From NCBI GenBank assembly GCA_951406725.2, contig OX597824.1, forward strand, positions 57,908,001 through 57,972,000: a DNA stretch of 64,000 bases, given 5' to 3'. Shown one piece after another: positions 1 to 15,239 of this stretch (position 1 is the first letter of the stretch; every line of letters starts with the position of its first letter). The position numbers and the translations under genes were made by a program. The notes below the pieces were generated by a model, which saw only the letters and a program-made list of their open reading frames with translations, was not told the DNA's origin and ran no database searches. The stretch is from Octopus vulgaris (taxonomy: Eukaryota).

Positions 1-238
1 AGTGAAATTTGATATCATAGAATTTTATTAGGCACTCTGCAGCACTTTGCCTGAAAATATGTTCGCCTGTATTAAGGGGTAATGATCTATATTCCTTCTC
101 TCTTTCTCTCACCCATGCGTATATAATGTATGTGTATACATATATATGTATATATAAAATGTACGCGAGGGTGTACATATATATATGATGAGTGTGAATA
201 TATATATATATATGTATGTATGCATGTATATATATATA

Positions 239-363
<125 letters not shown>

Positions 364-469
364 AAATCATCTTGCTTGGATTGCGTCTCCCATCATTTGG
401 TGTTGGATTCAGGTCTGAGCACTGATCTGTATGTATCTGCTTATACGCATTTCGATGTAATCTTACTCT

Positions 470-514
<45 letters not shown>

Positions 515-532
515 TACACACATATATTTGAA

Positions 533-1110
533 ATAGAGAAGAGAAACTGTGCAGTTGTGGAAATTAGCTGCTCAGTAGATGCTAATATAAAGCAGATCAT
601 TGAGATAGAGAATACCTACGGTGAACTATCGAGAAATCTGCTGTTACTCTATCCAGATTACAACTTCAGATTTATACCTGTAATTATTGGGGCCCTGGTA
701 TGTGTAACATACAGTCTAAATACCAATCTTGAGAAATTAGGCTTCTCAAAACCAGAAAGGAGAAAACTGATTCGAAGACTACAAATCCATTCCATCACCG
801 GAACTATAAGTATCTGTAAAACTTTCGAGAAGTTTATCATTTGAATATAAGTGAGCGTATCTAGATATGCAACTATATGCATGAGAACACATACATAAAA
901 CAAAACATTCAAATCAGCACTTATACATACATTCATATATACATACATACATACATACATACATACATACATACATACATACATACATACATACATGCAT
1001 ACATACCCTGTTGTTGATGTTGAAATTCCAATGGATCTAGGTTAGAAACTGGCTCTTTTTCTATTGGCAAGAAATCTTGAAATAAAAGTGAATAATGACA
1101 TTCATATATA
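533..1110 (+). mobile_element. 3' fragment of an RLE-type (R2/R4-group) non-LTR retrotransposon with an internal (TACA)n array
   Basis: ORF 557-844 reads VEISCSVDANI...ENTYGEL...FIPVIIGAL...LQIHSITGTISICKTF, resembling the C-terminal restriction-like endonuclease region. Homologous copies lie at 7627-8215, 39090-39600 (-) and 41625-41905. Confidence 0.75.
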
Positions 1111-1258
1111 CATGGTATGTCCTAGAGATTTAACTGCTATCTCTATCGGACCGGAAAATCTCTCCTTGGTTGGCGAGTTGTTGATGCTAGTAATTATCAC
1201 TACTATATCATAAATGTTAATGTTATCATTGTTGCTGTTATTAGTTGATATTGCTATG

Positions 1259-1590
1259 GGCAAAAGGCGTGACTGTGTGGTAAAAAGTTTGATTCTCAAT
1301 CACATGGTTCCGGGTTAAGTCCCACTGCGTGGCACTTTGGGCAAGTGTCTACTTGTGTGTATGTATGTGTGCGTGTTTGCATCTCTGTTTGTTCCCCTAC
1401 CACCTGATAACCGGTGTTGGTTTGTTTACGTCCCTGTACCTCATTGGTCCTACTAAAGATTCCGATAGAATAAGTTCCAGGTATGAAAAGTACTGGAGTC
1501 GACTTGTTCGACCTAAATTCTTCAAGGTTGTGCCCCAGCAATGCTGCGGTATAATAAAAGAAACAAGTAAAACAGAAAAGATAACAGAAA
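1259..1590 (+). mobile_element. tRNA-derived SINE, family A (degenerate)
   Basis: Head with A/B-box-like motifs (gtgtggta...ggttaagtccc), then ttgggcaagtgtct and a tail gtgccccagca...gaaacaagtaaaa. Matches 62281-62675. Duplicate at about 8363-8694. Confidence 0.8.
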
Positions 1591-1692
1591 TGTTTCTCAA
1601 CAGTGATATCCCCTTGCCGCTATTTTTACCATCATCGACATCATGAAATTGCTAAAAGGATATGCATACACACATGCGCACGCGTACACACA

Positions 1693-1749
<57 letters not shown>

Positions 1750-2176
1750 CCACAAATGTATTATAATCCATAATCGTTAGTTCAACAAAATCTATTTTGC
1801 CACACTGTCGATTAGCGATTAAATATTTCATTCACTCTTCGACTTATCTTTGTGTTCTTTTCTTTATTCTAAGTGGCCGGACATAACTTCTTTTGAGCTG
1901 TTCACCTCCTGTAATATATATATATATATATATAGTAGAAATACGTTACAAAAAGAAAATATAAAATACACGTGGAAATGTAAGGGGAAATATGAAAAAT
2001 CAACGAAAATACACATTGTAAATAAAAAAAGGCTTTTTATGAAAGATAACGACAAATATATACATTTAGATGAACTGAGGTAGTAATAAAAGTCATAATA
2101 GTCATTATTATGAGATGATTATAAAGTCAGAAAACAAAGCATACCATTGAATATATATATATAAATAAATATATAA

Positions 2177-2224
<48 letters not shown>

Positions 2225-2227
<3 letters not shown>

Positions 2228-3348
2228 TATCCACACAGTCTTTGCCAGAGCCCGTTCCGTGGGCCGCTCCCACCATGCCGTTGCCCCTCTCCCGTTTCCC
2301 CTCACGTACCATCCCTCCAGCCTGCCCTCCGATGCACCATTCTTCCGTTGACTCCAGTCCAGCCCCTCCACCTCGCACATGTTCCTCATTCTACTCCTTC
2401 ACTCTTTCAAACGAGCCCACAACCTGCGTGACCTGGTCCACAGTTTATTCACTTCCCATCCTGGCTCGTTCCCCTTGTCCCGCCCACGCTACCACACTTG
2501 CCCCTGCCTCTCCAACACCACCAGCCTCACAGGCACCCAATCTCATCCCTATCATATCACCGACTTCTTTACCTGCACTTCAAGCAACGTCATTTACTGC
2601 ATCCCCTGCTCTTTCTGCATTTCTCTGTACATTAGTCAAACGGGACGCCGCTTGGCTGACTGGTTCGTGGTGCACATCCGTGATATCAGTCTCAGCAATG
2701 ACACCCCGGTCACGCGCCATTTCACGCCGTGAACAGGAATTAATCTTCTCCCTTCTCTCCTTTGCGCCACATGAACTCAACTCCCCACCTCTCTTCTTCT
2801 GACTCCCCTCCTCTCTGATACCTACTTCGCCTCTTCACTCCTACCCACGTCTCCTCTCTTCCTCTGATACCTACTTCCTCTCTTCACTCCTACCCACCTT
2901 CTCTCTTCTTTGACCACTTCCCAGCACCCATACCACACACCATCATCCGCACATCCACATACCTTCATCCATACACCCACACATTATAGACGAACGCACT
3001 TACACACACACATCCGCACACGTCAAAGTCAGTAGCCCCTATCCACACACACACTTGCAAATTCTCACATACACACGCCCCTTCGTTTTGGGATCATCAA
3101 TACTTTATTATCTCCGCTTCTTTCTACCTCTCCTACCAAATTTTTTTCCTTCAAACCAGTCGACATGTTTTGACCGCTAATTCCGCAAGTTTTTTTTTTT
3201 ATTCTCTCCGTTTGTTTTCTCTTATTCCTTTCTGATGAAGAGTGTAGGCTCGAAACGGAAAGGAACTTCTCACTTTACCGCGCGCCAAACTAATACACCC
3301 GCTTGTTGTTCATACACCTGTATTCGTCTTTATTTTTCCGTAAATTTC

Positions 3349-3352
<4 letters not shown>
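2225..3352 (+). mobile_element. Penelope-like element 3' remnant (GIY-YIG endonuclease, Neptune-like) with a degenerate HHR in its 3' region
   Basis: ORF 2379-2732 reads FTCTSSNVIYCIPCSFCISLYISQTGRRLADWFVVH..., i.e. GIY-YIG motifs (NVIY, YIxQTGRRL). CTGATGA...GAAAC at 3232-3256. Flanked by (TA)n on both sides. Duplicate at 9324-10452. Confidence 0.85.
3225..3265 (+). ncRNA. Minimal type I hammerhead ribozyme motif, probably inactivated (U16.1 replaced by G)
   Basis: ttccttt-CTGATGA-a-gagt(gtag)gctc-GAAAC-g-ga-aaggaa. Stem I and stem II pair, but the cleavage triplet is mutated compared with GAAACGTA in the 60521 relative. Duplicate at 10325-10365. Confidence 0.7.
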
Positions 3353-3381
<29 letters not shown>

Positions 3382-3387
<6 letters not shown>

Positions 3388-4170
3388 GCGATTAATAAGC
3401 AGTCGTCTGAATTATGCAAAAACGAAAATAACACTGACATCTCATCTTAACAGATATATTTACCAAAATAACTTTAAAATATCTTGTAATATTAAAGAGT
3501 AAACTTATTCAATAAAATCACCATTGGCTTCAACCACGGCCTCCAGACGATTTCGGAAACTCATGCAGCTCATCTGGACGGTCTCCTTGTTTAAGTTGAT
3601 CAATCCTTGCCTTCAGTGCATCTTTGGTATTACAAGGAGTTTCGTTGGTCTCTTGCTCAACTGTGCCCTACACATAATAATCAAGGAGTTGTAGTCTGGA
3701 GAGTTAGGTGGCCAAATGTTTTCGGGTGATGTGGTCGCAGAAATTGTCTGATATCCATACTGGATTCTCCTGCTTGTGTGGCATGGTGCAGAGTCCTGTT
3801 GCCAAACATAGAGTCTTCCAGCAGCCACTCTCTTGACCTAGTACAGCACTACCTCCCCTAGGCACTTGATGTTAGCCTCTGTGTTGATTTTGAAGCCGTG
3901 TGGGAAGATGAATGGAGGTATAACATTACCATCACTAGTGATCACTCCAAACACCATGATGTTGACTGGATGTTTGATTCCTATCACTCTCAGTACATGT
4001 CCTGAGATTGCACTGTCCTCAGATTGACACCCAAACACTCTGAAAAGTTCGTACTGGAGCTTCCGGCGCGAATGCCAAGCAGTACAGCATGTCGTTTCCA
4101 ACTTTCTGGCACGGTGAATTGCACCATGGTGCTGTTTTTCTCACAGATGGTGCCAACTAACCCTGCCAAC
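3382..4170 (-). mobile_element. Tc1/mariner maT (DD37D)-type transposon remnant
   Basis: Translated pieces KHPVNIMVFGVITSDGNVIPPFIFPHG and YVWQQDSAPCHTSRR...IWPPNSPDYNSL, with about 37 residues between the last two Asp after frame correction. A TIR-like end (tagggtgcg) abuts (TA)n. Duplicate at 10482-11270. Confidence 0.85.
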
Positions 4171-4235
4171 TAACCCTGCCCTTCTTCCGTTTGTCTAGTC
4201 ACTCGTATACACTCACACACACACACACACACACA

Positions 4236-4418
<183 letters not shown>

Positions 4419-5762
4419 TTAAGTTGTGCTGTGTTATTAGGAGTTCGAAATGTAAATCAAAGAGCAAAGAGGATTTTCAGAATATGCTTATTTAATATTC
4501 TGTTTTTCTACACATGATAAAGATTCTAAAATTGCTAGTCGTTGTCCATCCTATGGAGTTGTTAGCACAGCATAACTCAAGGTAAATAAATTAAGTTAAA
4601 TTAAAGTTAGAAGTTAGGCAATTGTAGTAGAGAAAAATAGTTTTCGGTTTTAAAGGCATTTGTGGGATGTTACACACACATACACACACACACATACTTG
4701 TATGTGATGTCGATCTTTACCAAACCCATTAGTGTGTCCCTTTTCCCAAATGTTATTTACAAGAGTTTTGCCAAGACCACAAATCATATTAGGAGCGGCT
4801 AACATTATCACTCACCCTGTTAGGAATCGCAGTCAAATCTCCTTCAAATTACATTCTTGTGTGCTAAAGCAAACCAAGAAAAATACATTGCACAACGTAG
4901 TTATCTATGTAGGAAGTCTCTATTGGAATTCCTTGGTTCAGTGTCCTCTTGGATAGGGTTGTCCTGGATCTAATCTGTAACAGATCTGAATCTTTACCAT
5001 TACGTATTTACTCTGCAATTAAATTTAAGACAAGGGCCACATAAACATTAAGACAACGCTTCAACAATTAAGAATGGCTGATCATGGCTGGAATATAGTG
5101 CGATTTCTGTGCAATCCATTACCTTGTCATGTATTACTATATTCCTGTTATTGATTATACAGTGAATGTTTTATTGAATTTTATGGCCACAAATATTGAT
5201 CATATGAATTGAGACGTAGCGCTGAGGTAAAAATATTGGCATCATAATAAAATTTGATTCTACCACACTGTATGTAAGTCAAGGGTCTTTTAACCCGACC
5301 AGTTGGCCCGTGTGTGACTTTAGGGGAGACCACAATATGGCAAGTATTGAGACCAAAACTCTGGTCAGAGGCTAACATAGGACATTCTTGTTAGTCTTCC
5401 ATCACACTTGAATAGCCTAACTACCAGGAGTATTGAATTTGTGGGTTGATTGTAAACGTTCACTATTCTACCTTAGGGTTATAGTTTGAAAATAACAGGG
5501 ATGGAGAGAGAGAGGAAAGGACAAAGAGAGCTAGATAGTGTATGAGAGAGAGATAGAGATAGAGGAGGAGGAGAGAGAAACACATACGAAATGAGAGAGT
5601 TGGAGCCAAATGAGAAACACATGCAAATATAGATAACTACAGACAGTTGGACAAAAACAGATAAATAAAGAGAGAGCAGAAGAGAGATGGAAAAAAGGCG
5701 TATATATATATATATATACAAACATTCATACATACATACATACATACATACATACATACATG

Positions 5763-5821
<59 letters not shown>

Positions 5822-6252
5822 TAGGCGGTACTCCAGCATAGCCGCAGTCAAATGACTGAAACAAGTATAAGAAAATATATGTGTGTGTGTGTGTAATATA
5901 TCTATCAATCTAATACACACACACACATACACATGTATTAAATAGATAGATTAGACAGACATGAACATGCACATGGACAGAGAGATGTAATAGGAAAAGA
6001 AAGGGTAGGAATGACTGTAATGATTATAAGAAAAGAAATTACAAGAATTTTTTTAAAAATAAGCTAGACACAAGAACAAATACATATACATTCTTACACA
6101 AACACGCATATATAAGCATAGAAATACATAGCCAGACATACGCTCACACAGATATCCACGCTGCCAATTTAGACAAAGAGACATCATGTGACTTATCTGT
6201 AAAGCTTTCTCTGTATTATCTGTGTTAGTTAATAAACTTCGTTTGTGGAGGT

Positions 6253-6352
6253 NNNNNNNNNNNNNNNNNNNNNNNNNNNNNNNNNNNNNNNNNNNNNNNN
6301 NNNNNNNNNNNNNNNNNNNNNNNNNNNNNNNNNNNNNNNNNNNNNNNNNNNN
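6253..6352. other. Assembly gap (100 N)
   Basis: Run of exactly 100 n. Confidence 1.
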
Positions 6353-7094
6353 CTGTCAGTATTTAAAATGACCAAAGTGAATTCCATAAAACACTATTCT
6401 AATTTATGAATTATGGGTATAATTGTATGCGTGTATACATATGTATATGTGTGTTGTGCGTGTGTGTGTATGTGTGTCTGTGTGAAAGCGTACGTGGGTG
6501 TGTGTGTTAGTGTTAGCTAATACAAATACCAATGAAAACAATTTGCTGCATCCACTAAGTTTTGTGATACTTGATGATATTTTAATATTTTCACATCTAT
6601 TACCAAGGGGCCCAGTTTAGCTATCCTCACCAGTTTTGCTGATTCATTTCTACCTGCTGCTAACCTCAACAGAACGTTCTCATATTAAAGACATGTAGTC
6701 TTTATGAACCCCAGGTTTTTGAACAAATATTGCAGTTATATTCTGTAAGACGATATACAACTTCCGCTTGATTATTCCCATGTGATATATTGCTGTTAAT
6801 TTGAAATAACTCTATAACACATTGCTCTTTCAATCAGGTACAATGTTCCCACTGTCTGTCTATCATGCACAAAATTTCCTATCATAAAATATATGCATGT
6901 GTGTGTGTGTATGCGTGCGTTCCTGTGTGCGTGCGTGTATGTATATGTGCACATTGTAAAATGACGGTTGATAATAAATCAGGTATATATTTATAAAATA
7001 AATATATAAAACGACAATATATTCAGTAGTCAGTTCTTCGATTATGTTCAATGCATTTTATCATATATCTATATATATATATATCACTAAATTT

Positions 7095-7346
7095 AGTGAA
7101 ATTTGATATCATAGAATTTTATTAGGCACTCTGCAGCACTTTGCCTGAAAATATGTTCGCCTGTATTAAGGGGTAATGATCTATATTCCTTCTCTCTTTC
7201 TCTCACCCATGCGTATATAATGTATGTGTATACATATATATGTATATATAAAATGTACGCGAGGGTGTACATATATATATGATGAGTGTGAATATATATA
7301 TATATATGTATGTATGCATGTATATATATATATGTGTGTGTGTGTG

Positions 7347-7445
<99 letters not shown>

Positions 7446-7551
7446 AAATCATCTTGCTTGGATTGCGTCTCCCATCATTTGGTGTTGGATTCAGGTCTGA
7501 GCACTGATCTGTATGTATCTGCTTATACGCATTTCGATGTAATCTTACTCT

Positions 7552-7606
<55 letters not shown>

Positions 7607-8014
7607 AATACACACATATATTTGAAATAGAGAAGAGAAACTGTGCAGTTGTGGAAATTAGCTGCTCAGTAGATGCTAATATAAAGCAGATCATTGAGAT
7701 AGAGAATACCTACGGTGAACTATCGAGAAATCTGCTGTTACTCTATCCAGATTACAACTTCAGATTTATACCTGTAATTATTGGGGCCCTGGTATGTGTA
7801 ACATACAGTCTAAATACCAATCTTGAGAAATTAGGCTTCTCAAAACCAGAAAGGAGAAAACTGATTCGAAGACTACAAATCCATTCCATCACCGGAACTA
7901 TAAGTATCTGTAAAACTTTCGAGAAGTTTATCATTTGAATATAAGTGAGCGTATCTAGATATGCAACTATATGCATGAGAATACATACATAAAACAAAAC
8001 ATTCAAATCAGCAC

Positions 8015-8045
<31 letters not shown>

Positions 8046-8797
8046 CATACATACATACATACATACATACATACATACATACATACATACATACATACAT
8101 GCATACATACCCTGTTGTTGATGTTGAAATTCCAATGGATCTAGGTTAGAAACTGGCTCTTTTTCTATTGGCAAGAAATCTTGAAATAAAAGTGAATAAT
8201 GACATTCATATATACATGGTATGTCCTAGAGATTTAACTGCTATCTCTATCGGACCGGAAAATCTCTCCTTGGTTGGCGAGTTGTTGATGCTAGTAATTA
8301 TCACTACTATATCATAAATGTTAATGTTATCATTGTTGCTGTTATTAGTTGATATTGCTATGGGCAAAAGGCGTGACTGTGTGGTAAAAAGTTTGATTCT
8401 CAATCACATGGTTCCGGGTTAAGTCCCACTGCGTGGCACTTTGGGCAAGTGTCTACTTGTGTGTATGTATGTGTGCGTGTTTGCATCTCTGTTTGTTCCC
8501 CTACCACCTGATAACCGGTGTTGGTTTGTTTACGTCCCTGTACCTCATTGGTCCTACTAAAGATTCCGATAGAATAAGTTCCAGGTATGAAAAGTACTGG
8601 AGTCGACTTGTTCGACCTAAATTCTTCAAGGTTGTGCCCCAGCAATGCTGCGGTATAATAAAAGAAACAAGTAAAACAGAAAAGATAACAGAAATGTTTC
8701 TCAACAGTGATATCCCCTTGCCGCTATTTTTACCATCATCGACATCATGAAATTGCTAAAAGGATATGCATACACACATGCGCACGCGTACACACAC

Positions 8798-8850
<53 letters not shown>

Positions 8851-9277
8851 CCACAAATGTATTATAATCCATAATCGTTAGTTCAACAAAATCTATTTTG
8901 CCACACTGTCGATTAGCGATTAAATATTTCATTCACTCTTCGACTTATCTTTGTGTTCTTTTCTTTATTCTAAGTGGCCGGACATAACTTCTTTTGAGCT
9001 GTTCACCTCCTGTAATATATATATATATATATATAGTAGAAATACGTTACAAAAAGAAAATATAAAATACACGTGGAAATGTAAGGGGAAATATGAAAAA
9101 TCAACGAAAATACACATTGTAAATAAAAAAAGGCTTTTTATGAAAGATAACGACAAATATATACATTTAGATGAACTGAGGTAGTAATAAAAGTCATAAT
9201 AGTCATTATTATGAGATGATTATAAAGTCAGAAAACAAAGCATACCATTGAATATATATATATAAATAAATATATAA

Positions 9278-9326
<49 letters not shown>

Positions 9327-10448
9327 TATCCACACAGTCTTTGCCAGAGCCCGTTCCGTGGGCCGCTCCCACCATGCCGTTGCCCCTCTCCCGTTTCCCC
9401 TCACGTACCATCCCTCCAGCCTGCCCTCCGATGCACCATTCTTCCGTTGACTCCAGTCCAGCCCCTCCACCTCGCACATGTTCCTCATTCTACTCCTTCA
9501 CTCTTTCAAACGAGCCCACAACCTGCGTGACCTGGTCCACAGTTTATTCACTTCCCATCCTGGCTCGTTCCCCTTGTCCCGCCCACGCTACCACACTTGC
9601 CCCTGCCTCTCCAACACCACCAGCCTCACAGGCACCCAATCTCATCCCTATCATATCACCGACTTCTTTACCTGCACTTCAAGCAACGTCATTTACTGCA
9701 TCCCCTGCTCTTTCTGCATTTCTCTGTACATTAGTCAAACGGGACGCCGCTTGGCTGACTGGTTCGTGGTGCACATCCGTGATATCAGTCTCAGCAATGA
9801 CACCCCGGTCACGCGCCATTTCACGCCGTGAACAGGAATTAATCTTCTCCCTTCTCTCCTTTGCGCCACATGAACTCAACTCCCCACCTCTCTTCTTCTG
9901 ACTCCCCTCCTCTCTGATACCTACTTCGCCTCTTCACTCCTACCCACGTCTCCTCTCTTCCTCTGATACCTACTTCCTCTCTTCACTCCTACCCACCTTC
10001 TCTCTTCTTTGACCACTTCCCAGCACCCATACCACACACCATCATCCGCACATCCACATACCTTCATCCATACACCCACACATTATAGACGAACGCACTT
10101 ACACACACACATCCGCACACGTCAAAGTCAGTAGCCCCTATCCACACACACACTTGCAAATTCTCACATACACACGCCCCTTCGTTTTGGGATCATCAAT
10201 ACTTTATTATCTCCGCTTCTTTCTACCTCTCCTACCAAACTTTTTTTCCTTCAAACCAGTCGACATGTTTTGACCGCTAATTCCGCAAGTTTTTTTTTTT
10301 ATTCTCTCCGTTTGTTTTCTCTTATTCCTTTCTGATGAAGAGTGTAGGCTCGAAACGGAAAGGAACTTCTCACTTTACCGCGCGCCAAACTAATACACCC
10401 GCTTGTTGTTCATACACCTGTATTCGTCTTTATTTTTCCGTAAATTTC

Positions 10449-10487
<39 letters not shown>

Positions 10488-11335
10488 GCGATTAATAAGC
10501 AGTCGTCTGAATTATGCAAAAACGAAAATAACACTGACATCTCATCTTAACAGATATATTTACCAAAATAACTTTAAAATATCTTGTAATATTAAAGAGT
10601 AAACTTATTCAATAAAATCACCATTGGCTTCAACCACGGCCTCCAGACGATTTCGGAAACTCATGCAGCTCATCTGGACGGTCTCCTTGTTTAAGTTGAT
10701 CAATCCTTGCCTTCAGTGCATCTTTGGTATTACAAGGAGTTTCGTTGGTCTCTTGCTCAACTGTGCCCTACACATAATAATCAAGGAGTTGTAGTCTGGA
10801 GAGTTAGGTGGCCAAATGTTTTCGGGTGATGTGGTCGCAGAAATTGTCTGATATCCATACTGGATTCTCCTGCTTGTGTGGCATGGTGCAGAGTCCTGTT
10901 GCCAAACATAGAGTCTTCCAGCAGCCACTCTCTTGACCTAGTACAGCACTACCTCCCCTAGGCACTTGATGTTAGCCTCTGTGTTGATTTTGAAGCCGTG
11001 TGGGAAGATGAATGGAGGTATAACATTACCATCACTAGTGATCACTCCAAACACCATGATGTTGACTGGATGTTTGATTCCTATCACTCTCAGTACATGT
11101 CCTGAGATTGCACTGTCCTCAGATTGACACCCAAACACTCTGAAAAGTTCGTACTGGAGCTTCCGGCGCGAATGCCAAGCAGTACAGCATGTCGTTTCCA
11201 ACTTTCTGGCACGGTGAATTGCACCATGGTGCTGTTTTTCTCACAGATGGTGCCAACTAACCCTGCCAACTAACCCTGCCCTTCTTCCGTTTGTCTAGTC
11301 ACTCGTATACACTCACACACACACACACACACACT

Positions 11336-11412
<77 letters not shown>

Positions 11413-11430
11413 ATAGATAGATAGATAGAC

Positions 11431-11514
<84 letters not shown>

Positions 11515-12860
11515 TTAAGTTGTGCTGTGTTATTAGGAGTTCGAAATGTAAATCAAAGAGCAAAGAGGATTTTCAGAATATGCTTATTTAATATTCTGTT
11601 TTTCTACACATGATAAAGATTCTAAAATTGCTAGTCGTTGTCCATCCTATGGAGTTGTTAGCACAGCATAACTCAAGGTAAATAAATTAAGTTAAATTAA
11701 AGTTAGAAGTTAGGCAATTGTAGTAGAGAGAAAATAGTTTTCGGTTTTAAAGGCATTTGTGGGATGTTACACACACATACACACACACACATACTTGTAT
11801 GTGATGTCGATCTTTACCAAACCCATTAGTGTGTCCCTTTTCCCAAATGTTATTTACAAGAGTTTTGCCAAGACCACAAATCATATTAGGAGCGGCTAAC
11901 ATTATCACTCACCCTGTTAGGAATCGCAGTCAAATCTCCTTCAAATTACATTCTTGTGTGCTAAAGCAAACCAAGAAAAATACATTGCACAACGTAGTTA
12001 TCTATGTAGGAAGTCTCTATTGGAATTCCTTGGTTCAGTGTCCTCTTGGATAGGGTTGTCCTGGATCTAATCTGTAACAGATCTGAATCTTTACCATTAC
12101 GTATTTACTCTGCAATTAAATTTAAGACAAGGGCCACATAAACATTAAGACAACGCTTCAACAATTAAGAATGGCTGATCATGGCTGGAATATAGTGCGA
12201 TTTCTGTGCAATCCATTACCTTGTCATGTATTACTATATTCCTGTTATTGATTATACAGTGAATGTTTTATTGAATTTTATGGCCACAAATATTGATCAT
12301 ATGAATTGAGACGTAGCGCTGAGGTAAAAATATTGGCATCATAATAAAATTTGATTCTACCACACTGTATGTAAGTCAAGGGTCTTTTAACCCGACCAGT
12401 TGGCCCGTGTGTGACTTTAGGGGAGACCACAATATGGCAAGTATTGAGACCAAAACTCTGGTCAGAGGCTAACATAGGACATTCTTGTTAGTCTTCCATC
12501 ACACTTGAATAGCCTAACTACCAGGAGTATTGAATTTGTGGGTTGATTGTAAACGTTCACTATTCTACCTTAGGGTTATAGTTTTGAAAATAACAGGGAT
12601 GGAGAGAGAGAGGAAAGGACAAAGAGAGCTAGATAGTGTATGAGAGAGAGATAGAGATAGAGGAGGAGGAGAGAGAAACACATACGAAATGAGAGAGTTG
12701 GAGCCAAATGAGAAACACATGCAAATATAGATAACTACAGACAGTTGGACAAAAACAGATAAATAAAGAGAGAGCAGAAGAGAGATGGAAAAAAGGCGTA
12801 TATATATATATATATACAAACATTCATACATACATACATACATACATACATACATACATG

Positions 12861-12919
<59 letters not shown>

Positions 12920-13349
12920 TAGGCGGTACTCCAGCATAGCCGCAGTCAAATGACTGAAACAAGTATAAGAAAATATATGTGTGTGTGTGTGTAATATATC
13001 TATCAATCTAATACACACACACACATACACATGTATTAAATAGATAGATTAGACAGACATGAACATGCACATGGACAGAGAGATGTAATAGGAAAGAAAG
13101 GGTAGGAATGACTGTAATGATTATAAGAAAAGAAATTACAAGAATTTTTTTAAAAATAAGCTAGACACAAGAACAAATACATATACATTCTTACACAAAC
13201 ACGCATATATAAGCATAGAAATACATAGCCAGACATACGCTCACACAGATATCCACGCTGCCAATTTAGACAAAGAGACATCATGTGACTTATCTGTAAA
13301 GCTTTCTCTGTATTATCTGTGTTAGTTAATAAACTTCGTTTGTGGAGGT
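7095..13349 (+). repeat. Copy 2 of the ~6.25-kb duplication
   Basis: Matches 1-6252 and continues without a break into unique sequence after 13349. Confidence 0.97.
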
Positions 13350-13690
13350 CATCATTATTATCTCCCTTGTCATCTCAGAACCTATAAATAATCCTTCCGC
13401 TTTTCAATCAACCACCATATCTCCTCCCCTTCCCCTTTCATACGCAATCTTTCACACACTCTCTCTTTCTCTCACTTTCTCTCCCTTCTGCCCTCTTTCT
13501 CTCTGTTTTTCTTCCTTCTGTCCTCTCTCGTGTTTGTTTTTTTCTTATTTCTTTTCTTCCACTCCGGTTATATGTATGTTTGTTTGAATGTATATCATGT
13601 GCACACACAACACTCTCATGTACAAACATACATATGTAAAAATATAAGAGAAAGAGAGTGTGTGTGTGTGTATATAGACACATACATACA

Positions 13691-13734
<44 letters not shown>

Positions 13735-14672
13735 ATGTGTATGTGTTGTGTGCATTCTCACATATATGTATACGTATATGCATTCATATGTACATGCAGA
13801 CACGCACACACACACATACACACACATACACGTACATATATGTATACATACATACATGCATACATACATACATACATACATACATACATACATACATACA
13901 TACATACATACATACATACACACACAGAACCGAAAAACTACAAAACAAAGAACTAGCGCCTTCTTTTGAAGTTTCCATAATGTTCTTTGTGATCTTTATC
14001 TCAACATATTTTCAACCGTTCCTCAAAAACTATGGTTCCATTGCCTCTAAAACCTAACCATCACCCCCACAAATCGGACCTCGTATCTCCACATCAACCA
14101 GCAGGCTCCGCCCTTAACTTTTTTCGCTTCTCTTTATAGTTAAATCCAATCATCATAACCAACATATTGGTTAAGGAAGGGCGGGTTGGGTGGGGGAGAT
14201 TGCTGTGGCTGTTGCTCTTGTTCACTTTTTATTTTCTTTTTACATAGTCAGATTTACTTCATTATTATTTTAGTAACAAGCATGTAAACACACTCGTACA
14301 CACATACGCGCACGTACACACACGCGCACACACAGGTATCATGTACTTATAGATATAATTATAAAGAAACACACACAGACAGAGGCCCATACACACACAC
14401 GCAGACATACGCACACCTACGTCTGTATATATGTATATATATCTATATATCCTTCCAAGTCACAAGAACTATGCGTTTATCATTGATTGGAACTGAGTTG
14501 ACCAACACATACACGCACACACACACACATATATATATGTATATATATATATAACAATTTAGGAATGGCCTTAACAGGCCATTCGTCCACTAGACAGAGC
14601 AGCCATAACTCCAACCGCCAAGTAATGTAATTCGGAAATAGGTGAAAAATTAAAAACCATTACCCTAATTCA

Positions 14673-14772
14673 TCTTTTAGACGATGCATCGTTTCTGCGT
14701 TTTTAATGATAGACCAGCTTAATTAAATTAAATTAAGCTAATCTACCATAGGTCACGCTTCGTCAGTAAAGA
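14673..14772 (-). ncRNA. Type I hammerhead ribozyme (inverted copy of 15140-15239)
   Basis: Reverse complement of the + strand motif at 15140-15239. Confidence 0.8.
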
Positions 14773-15139
14773 AACCTTTGGTAGAGGCAAATATACACGA
14801 GGCTACTGCATTACTTGGCGGTTGGAGTTATGGCTGCTCTGTCTAGTGGACGAATAGCCTGTTAAGGCCATTCCTAAATTGTTATATATTTACATTTTAG
14901 TCTCATGACTATTTTTTCTTTTCCACTGGGCCGCTGGTAGTGATAAATTTCTATCGAATTTTTTACTACCCTAAATTGATTAATTGATTATTTTCTGACT
15001 AATTCTGAGATTGAATCGGCAGTTTATATTTGCTGCTGATAAGGTTGGCGCGATTGCGCTGGTCTTCGAAAATTTTAAGACAGATATTCCAGAGGCTTCG
15101 ATGCAGTAGCCTCGTGTATATTTGCCTCTACCAAAGGTT

Positions 15140-15239
15140 TCTTTACTGACGAAGCGTGACCTATGGTAGATTAGCTTAATTTAATTTAATTAAGCTGGTC
15201 TATCATTAAAAACGCAGAAACGATGCATCGTCTAAAAGA
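15140..15239 (+). ncRNA. Type I hammerhead ribozyme with extended stem II and palindromic stem III
   Basis: tcttta-CTGACGA(15146-52)-a-gcgt...atggtagattagcttaatt(loop)aattaagctggtctatcat...acgc-a-GAAA-cgatgcatcg-TC-taaaaga. Predicted cleavage after GUC (C15232). Confidence 0.82.

Noticed and set aside
2242-2802. 186-aa Pro/Ser-rich ORF (duplicate 9341-9901)
   Set aside because: It is an alternative frame over the decayed GIY-YIG Penelope remnant.
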